64,000 nucleotides of DNA. Source: Malacoraja senta (taxonomy: Eukaryota). Shown here piece by piece: positions 23,489 to 36,474 of the stretch. The position numbers were made by a program, and so were the translations under genes. The notes under the pieces are model-generated. The model was not told the origin of the DNA. It saw only the letters and a list, made by a program, of their open reading frames with translations, and searched no databases. The DNA lies in contig CM075995.1 of NCBI GenBank assembly GCA_038087875.1, positions 3,288,001-3,352,000 on the forward strand, given 5' to 3'. Position 1 is the first letter of the stretch. Every line of letters starts with the position of its first letter.

Positions 23489-26400
23489 ATTTTACTTCGG
23501 AGTCACGTGAGTGACTACGTGAAGCCCCGCCAGTCCGCACGCACGTCATTACGTCATCCGCATGGCGAAGCACCGGACTGGCAGGCGCTTCGCTCCTGCC
23601 AGCGGTAAGTTTAAACCTACAGGTAAGTTTTGTATTTCTTACCTGGTTTTGATTTCTTGCAGGAATCTCTTTTTTACAGAGGTTTCCTGTCCGATACTTC
23701 GTGAAGGCCGACGAGGGAACCAACTATGGGCTGTGGGGAGACCCCGGTTCCGACCGCGGAAGCGGGTAGCTGGCGAATGTCGGGTTCGCGATCCCAGGCA
23801 CTGACAATACGGTCAGTGACTTCCAGACGCTGTGGTTCCCGGGGAGGGGACATCCAGCAGCAATGCGGCGTCCAGACCGCAGTGGTCCCAGGATATGGGG
23901 TAAAACCGACCAGAACGGTCAGCCCTGGTGCCGGGAGGTTCCCCTCCGGTAATGTATAAAATTTGGAGGTTGGCCAGGATGGAGCTCCTAATGGAAGAGG
24001 ATGCTCCATCTAGATACACTCCAACAGCAGGAGTTGTGTCAGCGCGGACCTATGGGAGAGGCTGCGCCAGCAGTGCCTTGGACAGGGCTGCTTAATGTGG
24101 ATGCCGAGTCTGTGGCAGCGCCGGGCCTATGGGAGAGGCCGCGCCAGCAGCGCCTTGTAACAGGGCTGCTTAATGTCTCCCTCTTGGAGTGGAGAGCATA
24201 GCGGGTCAGTATAAGTCTGACGCCGAGTCTATGCCAGCGCCGGCCTATGGGAGAGGCCGCGCCAGCAACACCTTGTAACAGGTCTGCTTAATGTCTCCCT
24301 CTTGGAGTGGAGAGCATGCCGGGTCAGTGTAAATCTGACGCCGAGTCTGAGGGTATAGCCATGGAGCATACCCCAAGGGATGAAGGGCACGTGTCAGAGG
24401 TACCATTCCTGGCAGCAAGGTTTGCCATCCCAACACAATGCAGCAAACACCGCTAACAGGGGGATATTAGAACCAGCCGCCGAATCTTCTATTCGGGTAA
24501 GACCTATTCAACAGGCAAAACCTGGAGGACGAAGCACAAGCTGTTGGACCAATCAAGGCCAACGACGAGCAAAGCTTCATCGTTTCGGTGACAACGCCCC
24601 CCACGTATTCATCGGCAGTAAGCGGTTCACTGAAGCTGGTGGCAGCATGAAAGCTGGCCAGAGGTTCCACGCACTCTACCAGTTATACTCTACAACTAAG
24701 GGACCACTTACAAATTGGTAATATTTACACTTGATTGTGCAATACACAAATGGTTAAGACATTGTCATCTACTTAGAGGCATCTAACCATGTAAAACTGG
24801 ACAATGCTAGCATTCCAAGCAGGTTGGAATTGGGCCAGAATTGCGTTTTGAGGCAGGCTCAGTATTTTGGCCAGAATTACCTTCGAGACATGCTCGGAAA
24901 TATGGGCAGAGTTGTCTTTCGAGGCAGGCTCAGAATTGTGGCCAGAATTGTCTTTCGAGACAGGCTCAGAATTATGGCCAGAGTTGTCTTTTAAGACAGG
25001 TCAGAATTATCAGATATGCTCAGTATTATGGCCAGGATTGTCTTGCAAAAACAGGCTCGGAAATCGGGCCAGCGTTGTCGTTCAAGGCAGGCACGAAATG
25101 ATGGCAGGCGTGGCCTGTTCATTATGAAAGATGGCTGATTAAAAACTGATTTCATAGGGTATTCCCATTTACAGCGATCATTGGAGATATTTGGAGGAGG
25201 CAATTGCTATGTTGAGGCAATAATAACAGTATGATGACAATAAAGCATTCAAAGCGGACTACTCAGAGTTCAAAAACACTTGTTATGTCTTGGCTGGATG
25301 ATATTTTAACGTTGTATTTTCCTAAATACAGTCTCAGTCTCAAACTATATTTGAGAAATTGGGCTCCTCTATCCAGTTAAAATTAAGTTGTTACCAAATA
25401 GACTTGTTGGTCATTGGGATTTACCTTTAGCTATTAATTGGCCTAGGACTCCGCCATGGGCAACAGATTGGAGTTAATAGAAACCTGTAACAGCCTTGTT
25501 GTTATAAAGCAGCCTTCTAATCATTAAGACTAATTGGCAATATAATAGCTGTGATTCAACTGTGCAAGTGGGAGAACTGACATAATGCTAAATGGCAAAC
25601 TCTAAAGTGCCATGTAGGTCATTGTTAACACACCTATGCTATTACCAGCTGAAGCTACCAAAGTCACAATGATGGACAAACAGTATTCAGCATTGCTCCA
25701 GTAGTTTGGTCAGTAAAAATTTCAGTTATATTGCAAACTGATGCTAATGGTCCTAACGTGGGAAATTGCGAATGTCATCTCTAGTTTGGAGGTGGAGGAG
25801 ATTTGCATGAGTTACCAATTCTTCAGTTATTGGTATCAACTATCTATAGACCCTACGTGCATTCTATGGGTTAAAGAGTGATTGAGCAAATATGCATAAT
25901 CTGCATGCTCAACCAGGTTGATACACTATGATGGTGGCATATGTTAGTCACATGGGTGCAATCAAGTAAAACTATCCTGTAATAGTTTACCTAATCTCAT
26001 TTGCCACTGGTATATCATCAAGTACAGATCAATGACAACACAGAATGGGTGTTGGATCAGACAGTATTTATGAAATTATGGTTCAATGGAACACCGAATA
26101 TCGATATATTGGTTTACATGCTTATTCACAGGTTGAAAATATATGTGTCATAACAGTGGCAAAAGATACATTCTCGCTATAAGGAGGAGGAATGGTCTTT
26201 TATGTCTTTCTCCATTTTGCCTCATCAGTCGGGGCTTCAAATAAAGTCATCAAGATCCCGCTTTAGGTTTTTCCTACTGTCTGACTGGCCTATGCAGCTT
26301 TGATTCCCGATTTTGTCGGGAATAATAATACAACTTTATACGGTTATTCTAAATGTAAACTTTGCCGGTTCAGCCTGTGGCTCGGGAAACCAGCCTTTAC

Positions 26401-27876
26401 ATGCTAAAATTAATTTATGTTCTGCAGATTCTGAATAGGCTTGGGTGTCACACCTATCCTTGTATGTGTTCACTCCAGAGTGCTGGGATAGCACCAAAAA
26501 AGCAGTACATTTCTTCTTCAGGAGATGGGAAGCGTTTTGTTTAATGCTATGTTACATTTAAAACGTTACAGATTACTGACGTCTTGGAGTTCATTTTAAA
26601 TGGTCTTTTGACAATAATTGAGTTATAGGGCCATTAACTGTGCCAACGTGCCTTCCCATCATATTTGCTGCAGCAAACGTGACCCACTCTGTCGGGTTCA
26701 CCCCCGGATATCAAGTTTGTAAAGGATATCTTTCACACAAATTCTCCCAGGACAAGTACAATGCAGTATGGGATATTGACATTGTGTTAACACTATTTCA
26801 CCAGGGGGCTCCAGCTACATCCTTAGTTTTGGCCGGTTCTCATAAGGTAGTTATCCTCCTGGCGCTGGTTTTAGCGCAACAGGTTCAGTCGCTACATAAT
26901 TGCGACGGGACAGGATGATTACATCTGTAAATAATATATATAATATTTTATGTTTATAATTTAATTAAGCAGAGCAGAAGGGGTGTCAGGTCTTAAAATA
27001 GTTCAAAGCATACCCAGGGACCTTTGGTTATGTGAGGGCACACATATACGACAATACGTCAAGGCCACCAAGAGCCTTCGATGCTCTGCACTAGCAATGC
27101 TTGTTAGTTACAAAAAACTTTATAGTAACGTATCCGTTCAGACCATTTCCAGGTGATAAAACGGAGTTTGATTTATGCAGGAGTAGATACTGATTTCTAG
27201 ATCTCACTCCACCAGGGCTGCTACAACATCAGCAGCAAGGGTTATTTACGTTCCGCTGGACCACATCCTAACGGCTGCAGCATGGTCAAACGAACAAATT
27301 TCCAAACATTTTATAATAACCCATTGCCAGACCAGGGGTATTAGTCAACTATATTTTACGTTCTATTTATAGTTTCCATCCAGATGAAAGGTGTTACTAT
27401 AATTAATTCTTCATTTAACAGCATCAGCATGTTTTAAATCTATGTCATGTCTGTATGCATTATGAATGTTTCCCTCATCTGTCAATGAAGCAGTTGTGGT
27501 TGTGTAGACTCGTTTCTCACGGCATGAAATCACAGAGGTTTGAAATCTTCACGTAGTCACTCATGTGACTCCGAAGTAAAATAGTAAGATTAAACGAGAA
27601 CTTACCAGTTTGAAGTTTGATCTTTATTTTATGAGGAGTTACGATGAGGGATTACGTGCCCTCCGCTCCCAATCCTCATAAAAGTCATCTGGTAGTTCTA
27701 GTCTTCTCTAAATCTTACTATGTCACTTCAATTACTGTTATCTGTGATTTCACACCGCTGCTTTGAAGATTGACGTGCGTGCGGACTGGCAGGGCTTCAC
27801 GTAATCCCTCATCGTAACTCCTCATAAAATAATGATCAAACTTCAAACTGGTAAGTTCTTGTTTAATCTTACTATT
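23489..27876 (+). mobile_element. DIRS1-type tyrosine-recombinase retrotransposon, full length, coding regions decayed
   Basis: Left ITR 23516-23548 is inverted to 27771-27803. The internal complementary region 27547-27658 is complementary to both outer ends. ATT lies at both junctions. RT remnant (WLDDIL near 25293) and YR remnant (SHSTRAATTSAA...ILTAAAWSNE...FQTFY, about 27200-27320). Confidence 0.93.
24834..25095. repeat. 36-bp degenerate tandem repeat inside the DIRS element
   Basis: Unit GGCCAGAATTGTCTTTCGAGACAGGCTCAGAATTAT-like, about 7 copies. It gives the 12-aa periodic ORFs. Confidence 0.85.
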
Positions 27877-28319
27877 CTACTCCCAAATTGCAGTTGGCTT
27901 TGGCTCTGGAAGTACCCCTCTGCTGCATCTATGACAATATACATGGCAAACACAGGCAAATGGGAGTACCGTAGATCGAGCATTTGATCAGCATGGAGGC
28001 ATTGGACCAGAAGGCTTGTTTCCGTGATGTTCGACTCCATTGTAATGCATTGCAGCTTCTTCTTAATTTTCTACCTTGTGTCTCATTTGCCTTTGCCCCC
28101 AATGTTTCAAACTGCCCCTGCGTGTGTATCATGCTTGCAAATTATTACACGCCAGCACTCCAGCTGACTTAATTCAACTACAAACTGAAGATGAATCTTT
28201 TATCATCTTTAAATATTTCTCCTTGGGCATAGTTACGAGACTCCAAAGCATCCAAAAATCCTTTCACGTGGCCTTTGTTGTGTCGAATCCCATTAAGCTG
28301 CAGAGCATAATCACTAACT

Positions 28320-28702
28320 AAGATAGACACAAAAAGCTGGAGTAACTCAATGGGACAGGCAGCATCTCTGGAGAGAAGGAATGGGCGACGTTTTGGGTTG
28401 AGACTGTTCTTCAGACCAGTTAGGGATAAGGGAAACAAGAGATATAGACGATAATGTGGAGAGATAAAGAACAATGAATGAAAGATTTCAAAACAGTAAC
28501 GATGATAAAGGAAACAGGCCATTGTTAGCCGTTTGTTGTGTGAAAACACGAAGCTGGTGTGACTTGGGTGGGGGAGGGATGGAGAGAGAGGGAATGCTGG
28601 GGTTACTTGAAGTTAGAGAAATCAATTATTCATCCCACTGGGCTGTAAGCTGCCCAAGCGAAAAATGAGATGCTGTTCCTCCAATTTGCGTTTAGCCTCA
28701 CG
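28320..28702 (-). mobile_element. Penelope-like 3' fragment
   Basis: Reverse complement of the GIY-YIG end and terminal repeat seen at 21470-21785. Confidence 0.85.
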
Positions 28703-29090
28703 AACTAGTCAGAAGCAAGCTGATGTCTGCTACACTGGGGCGGCGCAGGTGGGACCTCATTATAGATCTCACCACAAAGCTCGGGTTACCAAGCAAGGGA
28801 GATTTAACTCCAAAAAACAGATTGGCTCCCTCTTCCCAGGGACACAAAGAACTTACGTGACCCTAGGCTGTCCCAAAGGGGACTCCGCAGTCAATGAAGA
28901 TAAAGCCACAGAATTTACCCAGCACCCTTGAAGGACTCATGACATCCCACAGCAAGTGAGCTCGCTGTAGGCAAGTTAAGTTTAGTTTAGTTTAGAGATA
29001 CAGCGCGGAAACAGGCCCTTCGGCCCACCGTGTCCGCACCGACCAGCGATCCCTGCACATGAACACTATCCCACACACACCAGGGACACT

Positions 29091-29487
29091 GTGGATTGTC
29101 ACCTTGTCGTGGTGGAGAAGCTTATGTGGTCCTGAGACCCTGAGAGCGATGCCATCTGGAGTTATGCTCTGGCAGGGTCACCCATGGCGGTAAGGTCGAG
29201 GGGGTCTCTGACAAAGAGCAATCCAACCAAGACCTCAATGGTGGAACAGTCGGAGGATGATGGCTGGCCTTATTGGAGCGTCACAACGGCTGGGAAGGCG
29301 GATGAAGGCTGCAGCAGAAAAGGGTCCCCGGTCGTCTTGGATTCCATGCCACTGGATTCTGACCCAGATCTGTCAAGGATTGTGTGTTGGCTGTCTGTGC
29401 ACCAGTCTCCCCACGTTAAACAAAGTCACGCACAGGCGTCCTCCATGACAGGACAGTCATTCTCGTTTCGAGTGACCACCGATGATG
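29091..29487 (+). mobile_element. Short non-autonomous RTE-derived element, inserted in an HE1 SINE
   Basis: RTE/BovB-like 5' UTR (GGATTGTCACCTTGTCGTGGTGGAGAAG...CTGACAAAGAGCAATCC) and a GATGATGA tail. Homologous to 56270-56692. Confidence 0.7.
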
Positions 29488-29794
29488 ACACCAAGCCAAT
29501 TAACCTACATACCTGTACATCTTTGGATGTTGGTCTTTGTGCACAAGAAACTCCCCAAACAACAATGAGCTAAATAACCTCTTCAATTCTACCTCATTGG
29601 AGACCCTCAGACTATCTTTGATCGGACTTTACTGGACTCTATCTTGCACTAAAAGTTATTCACGTTATTCCCTTTATCATGTATCTGTACACTGTGGATG
29701 GCTCGATTGTAATCATGTATTGTCTTTCCGCTGACTGGTTAGCACGCAACAAAAGCTTTTAAATGTTGTTATTTGAGCTCTCAACTACTTAATA

Positions 29795-30432
29795 GATACA
29801 TAGATACATAGAAAATAGATGCAGGAGTAGGCCATTCGGCCCTTTGAGCCTGCACCGCCATTCAATATGATCATGGCTGATCATCCAACTCAGTATCCCG
29901 TACCTGCCTTCTCTCCATACCCCCTGATCCCTTTAGCCACACGGGCCACATCTAACTCCCCCTTAAATATAGCCAATGAACTGGCCTCAACTACCCTCTG
30001 TGGCAGAGAGTTCCAGAGATTCACCACTCTCTGTGTGAAAAAGTTTTTCCTCATCTCGGTCTTAAAGGATTTCCCCCTTATCCTTAAGCTGTGACCCCTT
30101 GTCCTGGACTTCCCCAACATCGGGAACAATCTTCCTGCATCTAGCCTGTCCAACCCCATAAGAATTTTATACGTTTCTAAAGATCCCCTCTCAATCTCCA
30201 AAATTCTAGCGAGTATAAGCCAAGTCTGTCCAGTCTTTCTTCATATGAAAGTCCTGACATCCCAGGAATCAGTCTGGTGAACCTTCTCTGCACTCCCTCT
30301 ATGGCTATAATGTCCTTCCTCAGATTTGGAGACCAAAACTGTACGCAATACTCCAGGTGTGGTCTCACCAAGACCCTGTACAACTGCAGTAGAACCTCCC
30401 TGCTCCTATACTCAAATCCTTTTGCTATGAAG
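29795..30432 (-). mobile_element. CR1 LINE 3' fragment
   Basis: [19 protein letters not shown]...QRVVNLWNSLP plus 3' UTR. Further CR1 3' fragments at 30540-30890(+), 30920-31282(+), 43940-44330(+), 45605-46130(-) and 52530-53225(-). Confidence 0.9.
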
Positions 30433-32136
30433 ATGTCATCTATTTTGCTAATAGATGACATCTTTATGCGTGTCACCTTAAAGATGACATTGGCATGTCA
30501 TAGTTACATGGACAGGGCATTTGTATGAATGTTTGCGTGAATATGAGAGGAATAGATTGGGTGGACACACAGAGCCACTTTCCCAGAGTAGGGGAATCGA
30601 GGACCAGAGGGCTTAGGTTTAAGGTGAAGGGAGAAAGATTTTATAGGAATCTGAGGGGTGACCTTTTCACACAAAGGGTGGTGGGTGTATGGAATGAGCT
30701 GCCGGAGGAGGTAGTTGAGGCAGGCATTATCGCAACATTTAAGAGGCAATTAGCCAGGTACATGGATAGGACAGGTTTAGAGGGATATGGGCCAAACGCA
30801 GGCAAGGGGGACTAGTGTAGATGGGACATGTTGGTTGGCATGGGCAAGATGGGCCGATGAGTCTGTTTCCGCACTGTATAACTCTACGACTCTATATCAG
30901 AGACTCCACCAGGACCTCGTAAAGGTTTGGACAGGCTAGATGCAAGAAAAATGTTCCTGATATTTTGGGAGTCCAGAACCAGAGGTCTCAGTTTAAGAAT
31001 AAGGGGTAGGCCATGTAGGACTGAGATGAGGAAAAACGTTTTCACCCAGAGAGTTGAAAATCTGTGGAATTCTCTGCCACAGAAGGCAGTGGAAGCCAAT
31101 TCTCTGGATGCTTTCAAGAGAGTTATATATAGCTCTTAGGGCTAATGGAATCAAGGGATATGGGGCAAAAACAGGAACGGGGCACTGATTTTGGATGACC
31201 AGCCATGACCACATTGAATGGCGGTGCTGGCTGCAAGGGCCAAATGGCCTACTCCTGCACCTATTTTCTATGTTTCTATGTTTACAATATGTGACATGAT
31301 TGTACGGCTAACCAGAGTTGGTATATAACATAATCCTGCCCCTTCAAACTCTTTATAAACTGAAAAGGTAACTTACATTTAAGAATGTAATAATGTTATA
31401 TTTATCAGATGAATCATATGAAATAAAGCAAGAAAACTGTGAGCATCATGAGAACTGAATGCTTTTTATCGAATGAATGAACTGAGGGAAATTTATTTAG
31501 TCAGAATGTGGTGAATCTGTGGAATTCATTGCCACAGAAGGCTGTGGAGGCCAAGTAGATGGATATTTTTAAGGAGGAACTTGATAGATTCTTGATCAGT
31601 AAGGGTGTCAGGGGTTATGGGGAGAAGGCAGGAAAATGAGGTTGAGAGGGACAAATAGATCAGCCATGATTGATAGGCCGAATGGCCTAATTCTGCTCCT
31701 GTAACCTTTGAACTTATGAATCCTTAATGTAAAGAGATTTCAGTTTGAATCTGCAGATATATGAATTGTTTACAAGAGCAGGTACAGTTTACAGGACTGG
31801 TATCTCCGGCAGATATAACATCTCTCTCCATAATCAAATTGCAGCCGCTGCCTTGTGTTTAACAAACACGGTGCACTTAATGCAACTGTGATGAAAACAA
31901 GGATGATCTGTTCTTCTGTGTGAAGTTTAGAAGAGTAAAAGTTAGATCATCTGATGGCTTTTTGACATGCTATACATAATTTAAATTCATAGTTTTGCAA
32001 TCACAATATTTTAGCGTGCCTCGTGCTATTTTGGTATCGAATCATATGATTCACACATGACTGAAGTATGCAAAGTAGGCAGCGATGTTGTCAATGGTCA
32101 TGCAACACCCATTTGACCACTGCCCTGCCACATTGC

Positions 32137-32154
32137 GTGTGTGTGTGTGTCTGT

Positions 32155-32217
<63 letters not shown>

Positions 32218-32363
32218 TGTGTGTGTGTCTGTGTGTGTGTCTGCGTGTGCGTGTGCGTGTGTGTATGTGCGTGTATGTGTGTGTGTCTGTGTGTGTATGT
32301 GTGTGCATGTGTGTCTGTGTGTGTGTATGTGTGTGTGTGTCTGTGTATGTGTGTGTGTGTGTA

Positions 32364-32394
<31 letters not shown>

Positions 32395-32396
32395 AT

Positions 32397-32442
<46 letters not shown>

Positions 32443-32451
32443 GTGTGTGTA

Positions 32452-32505
<54 letters not shown>

Positions 32506-32514
32506 TGTGTGTGT

Positions 32515-32559
<45 letters not shown>

Positions 32560-33045
32560 TATGCGTGTATTGGCATGTGTGTGTGTTGGCATGTGCTTGC
32601 GTGTATGTGTGTGTGTGCGTGTGTCTGTATGTGTGTGTGTTTGTATGTGTATGTGCTTGTGTGCATGTGTGTCTGTATGTGTGTGTGTGTATGCGCATGT
32701 GTGCGTGTTTGCACGTCTTCTTCTTATCGAGTCCACACACAAGATTAGAAGTTGTTCAGCCAGAGCTGAACACACTTCCCGGCATCTGCATACAATGGTG
32801 TCTGTATTGTCGCTTCATGTGCTTCTCGTGCGTGTTGGTGGAAAGATTGGTGAACGCTCTTTCCTTGACCCCTGTTTGCATGTGAGTGTGTGTGTGTGTG
32901 CGTATTTGTGTATGTATGTATGTATGTGTATGTGTGTGTGCGCGTGTGTGCATGTTTGCACGTGGGTGTGTGTGTGCGTGTTTGTGTGTGTGTGTGTGTG
33001 CTCATGTGTGCGAGCATGTGTGTGCCTGTGTGTCTTTGTGTGTTA
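32137..33045. repeat. Long degenerate (TG)n microsatellite
   Basis: About 750 bp of TG/TGTA/TGTC repeats, interrupted at 32716-32872. Confidence 0.97.
32716..32872 (-). mobile_element. Very short LINE 3' fragment (Vingi/Ingi-like) inserted in the microsatellite
   Basis: Minus strand ends ...ADAGKCVQLWLNNF*, then a TAAGAAGAAG tail. Flanked by TGTTTGCAYG(T) on both sides (32706 and 32873) as a probable TSD. Confidence 0.65.
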
Positions 33046-33356
33046 ACCATCTTTTAATTGTTTGGAGGTGTCTGTAGGAGATTAAGATGGACACGTCTTA
33101 TCTCTGAATCCAAACGTTTTGGGTTTACAAAGAAAGGAACTGCAGATGCTGGTTTATACTGAAAATAAACACAAAGTGCTGGAGTAACTCAGCATCTCTG
33201 AGGAAAAAGGGTGGGTGACGTTTCTGGTTGGGACCCTTCTTCAGACTGAAAGTAGAGGGGAGGGAACTGGAGGTAGGTAAAGGCCAGAACAAAGCAGGAT
33301 AACCAAAGAAGGGTGGAGCCCATAATGGGCTTTTGTTGGCTGGGGAAGAGGTGATA

Positions 33357-33556
33357 NNNNNNNNNNNNNNNNNNNNNNNNNNNNNNNNNNNNNNNNNNNN
33401 NNNNNNNNNNNNNNNNNNNNNNNNNNNNNNNNNNNNNNNNNNNNNNNNNNNNNNNNNNNNNNNNNNNNNNNNNNNNNNNNNNNNNNNNNNNNNNNNNNNN
33501 NNNNNNNNNNNNNNNNNNNNNNNNNNNNNNNNNNNNNNNNNNNNNNNNNNNNNNNN
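33357..33556. other. Assembly gap (200 N)
   Basis: A run of exactly 200 Ns, typical of a scaffolding spacer. True distance across it is unknown. Confidence 0.99.
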
Positions 33557-34629
33557 TTGTCCTACAACATTAGGCTGTGCACGCATTACGCAAGAAGCAA
33601 GAAGAGAACCACATTCTCCTGCCTTATCCCCATAATACCTGACACCTGTACTAATCAAGAATCTGTCAATCTCCACTTTAAAAATATCCATTGACTTGGC
33701 CTCCACAGCTATATGTGGCAAAGAATTCCACAGATTCGCCACCCTCTGACTAAAGAAATTCCTCCTCACCTCCCTTCTATTAGATTTTATTACTTCAAAA
33801 GGTACATTCTTATATTTTGAGGCTATGGCACCTGGTCCTAGACTCTCCCACTAGTGGAAACATCCTCTCCACATTCACTCTATCCAGGCCTTTCACTATT
33901 CAGCATCTGCAGTTCTTTCCTGCACATTAAAATGGGAATTAATATTCAATATTTCCAACATACGGTACAGAAGCTTCAGCTAAGGCAGATTGTATGGTAC
34001 TGATATTTCAGTGCAGAGATGCTGCCTTTTCCCAGTCTCAGCAGTAGAAGACTCAAGTTACCAAAACTCAAGATGGCGCCCAACACAGGCGACTATTTGC
34101 GATCTATCCACAGAAGCAGCTCTACAAACTCATATTTATACCAACTCCACACTCTTAAATCTCTATTCCTACAGCAACATTTCTTATTTTGACTATGTAA
34201 GCTGTAGGTAAACTATGATCTTTACCTTGCACTAAATGTTGTTTTCTTATCATGTATATATACGCTGTAAAAAGTTTGATTGTAATCATGTATTGTCCTT
34301 CCGCTGACTGGTTAGCATGCAACAAAAACAAAAGAAAACACAAAGTGTTGGGCTAACTCAGCAGGTCAGGCAGCATCTCTGGACAGATAATATTTCGGGT
34401 CGGGAACCTTCTTCAGACTAATTGTAGTAGAGACGAGAAAGCTGTGCAAGAGGTGAGGGTGAGACAAACCAATACAAATGATAGGTGGATACAGGGGAAT
34501 TAAAGTGGTTAGCAACCGAGAGATCCAGCAGGTCTAGGAGGCACCTACTGCTCATCTACTGCTCTCGGTGCTCTGGATGATGCCTCCTTTACACTGGCGC
34601 AGTGCGGGCGACCATTTTGCCCAACACTT

Positions 34630-34955
34630 GGGCGGCACGGTGATGCAACGGTAGAGTTACTGCCTTACAGCACTTTCAGTGCCAGAGACGCGGATTTGAT
34701 CCCGACTACGGGTGCTGTCTGTACGGAGTTTGTACGTTCTCCCCATGACCGCGTGGGTTTTCTCCGAGATCTACGGTTTCCTCCCATACTCCAGAAACGT
34801 ACAGGTTTGTTGGTTAATTGGCTTGGTGTAACTGGAAATTGTCCCTACTGTGTATAGGGTAGTGTTAGTGTGCGGGGATCGCTGGTTGGCATGGACTTCG
34901 TGGGCCGAAGGGCCTGTTTCCGTGCTGTAACTGTACACTAAACTAAACTAAACTT
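34630..34955 (+). mobile_element. HE1-like SINE, full length
   Basis: GGGCGGCACGGTG...GGTAGAG, ATTTGATCCCG, V-domain-like core, TAAAC tail. Confidence 0.88.
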
Positions 34956-36474
34956 GCGTGGTGGTTAGATTGAATTATTTCTGCCTAATGAGGATAGATT
35001 AGAACAGAGACTGTGTAGGTGACGACAGGACTGAATCTGTGCTGGAACCGTTTGGCTGGTGATATGGAGAAGTCCACAGAGCAGTTGCTCATCATCATGG
35101 ATCAGTATAGATAGGATCTCGTTGGTAGACACAAAGTGCTGGAGCAACTCAGTGGGTCAGGCGGCATCTCTGGAGAAAAGGAACAGGTGATGTTTTGGGT
35201 CGGAACCCTTCTTCAGGCTTTAGGGGCAGCACGGTAGAGTTGCTGCCCTACAGCGCTTACAGTGCCAGAGACCCGGGTTCGATCCTGGCTACGGGTGCTT
35301 GTCTGTACAGAGTTTGTATGTTCTCCCCATGACCTGCGTGGGTTTTCTCTGAGAACTTTGGTTTCATCCCACACTCCAAAGACGTACAGATTTGTAGTTT
35401 AATTGGCTTGGTATAAATGTCAAAATTGTCCCTAGTGTAGGATGATGCGGGGATCGCTGTTCGGTGCGGACTTGATGGGCCGAAGGGCCTATTTTCGTGT
35501 ATACTCGGTATAGATAGATCTTGTTGGGATATGCAATAGTGCATATACAATGTTTGTGATATTATTTGAAAATAAATAAATTACCTGAAACTAGCCTGTG
35601 TTTAAGGGAGTGCCATGGGAAGAAGTCAAAATGGATCATCAACTCATACCAATTGACTAAAGCTAAATAGGATTGCTTCAGTTATGCCACAGCCAAGTCA
35701 CACTTGGCCAGTTCTTGAATATGAATCAATTCCAGTCCTCAGGCCATGAAGCTATGTAAATGTGCAACTAACATTGGGAACACATCCACCTTCCATCTGA
35801 TTTAAATCTCCGGTTGTCTGCGTTTCAGAAGTAATTTCAAGCAAGTCAGTCTGAAGAAGGGTCTCGACCCGAAACCGTCACCCACTCCTTCTCTCCAGAG
35901 ATGCTGCCTGTCCCCGCTGAGTTACTCCAGCATTTTGTGACTATCTTCAAGCCTGGCAAGATGGTTTGGGGGATTTTTCTCTGGAGCGTTGGAGGCAGAA
36001 GGGAGACCTGACAGAAGGTTACAGAATTAAGGGAGGCAGAGAAAGGGTCGACAGTTAGAACCTTTTCCCCATGGTGGAAATTTCAAAGGCTAGAGGGTAT
36101 ATAGCTTTAACGTGAGGGGTGGGGCAAGTTTTTTACATAGAGAATGATGGGTGCCTGGAACGTGCTGCCAAAGGTGGTGGGAGATGCAGGTACAATCAAG
36201 CCATTTAATAGGTTTTTAGTTAGGTACATGGATAGAATCATTTAGTTTTACAGGTGGAAACAGGCCCTTCAGCCCAACTTGCCCGCCCTGCCAACATGCC
36301 CCATCTACACTAGTCCCACCTGCCTGTGTTTGGCCCATAGCCCTCTAAACCTGTCCTATCCTGTTATCAGGTAACTGAATCTTACTATCACAACTAGGGA
36401 GCAGTGCTGAACAACTATCTACCTCTTTGATCGGACTTTGTTGGCTACTAAACGTTATTCCCATATCCTGTTTA

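Noticed and set aside
24834..25095. 36-bp repeat as a CRISPR array or repeat protein
   Set aside because: Contiguous degenerate tandem units without spacers, lying inside a DIRS element.
32051..33077. Long His/Thr- and Cys/Val-rich ORFs
   Set aside because: Translations of a (TG)n microsatellite.
33125..33769. ORFs containing X runs
   Set aside because: Artefacts of reading through the 200-N gap.
34630..34720. tRNA genes suggested by A/B boxes
   Set aside because: These are tRNA-derived heads of HE1-like SINEs that continue into SINE body and tail; no complete cloverleaf.
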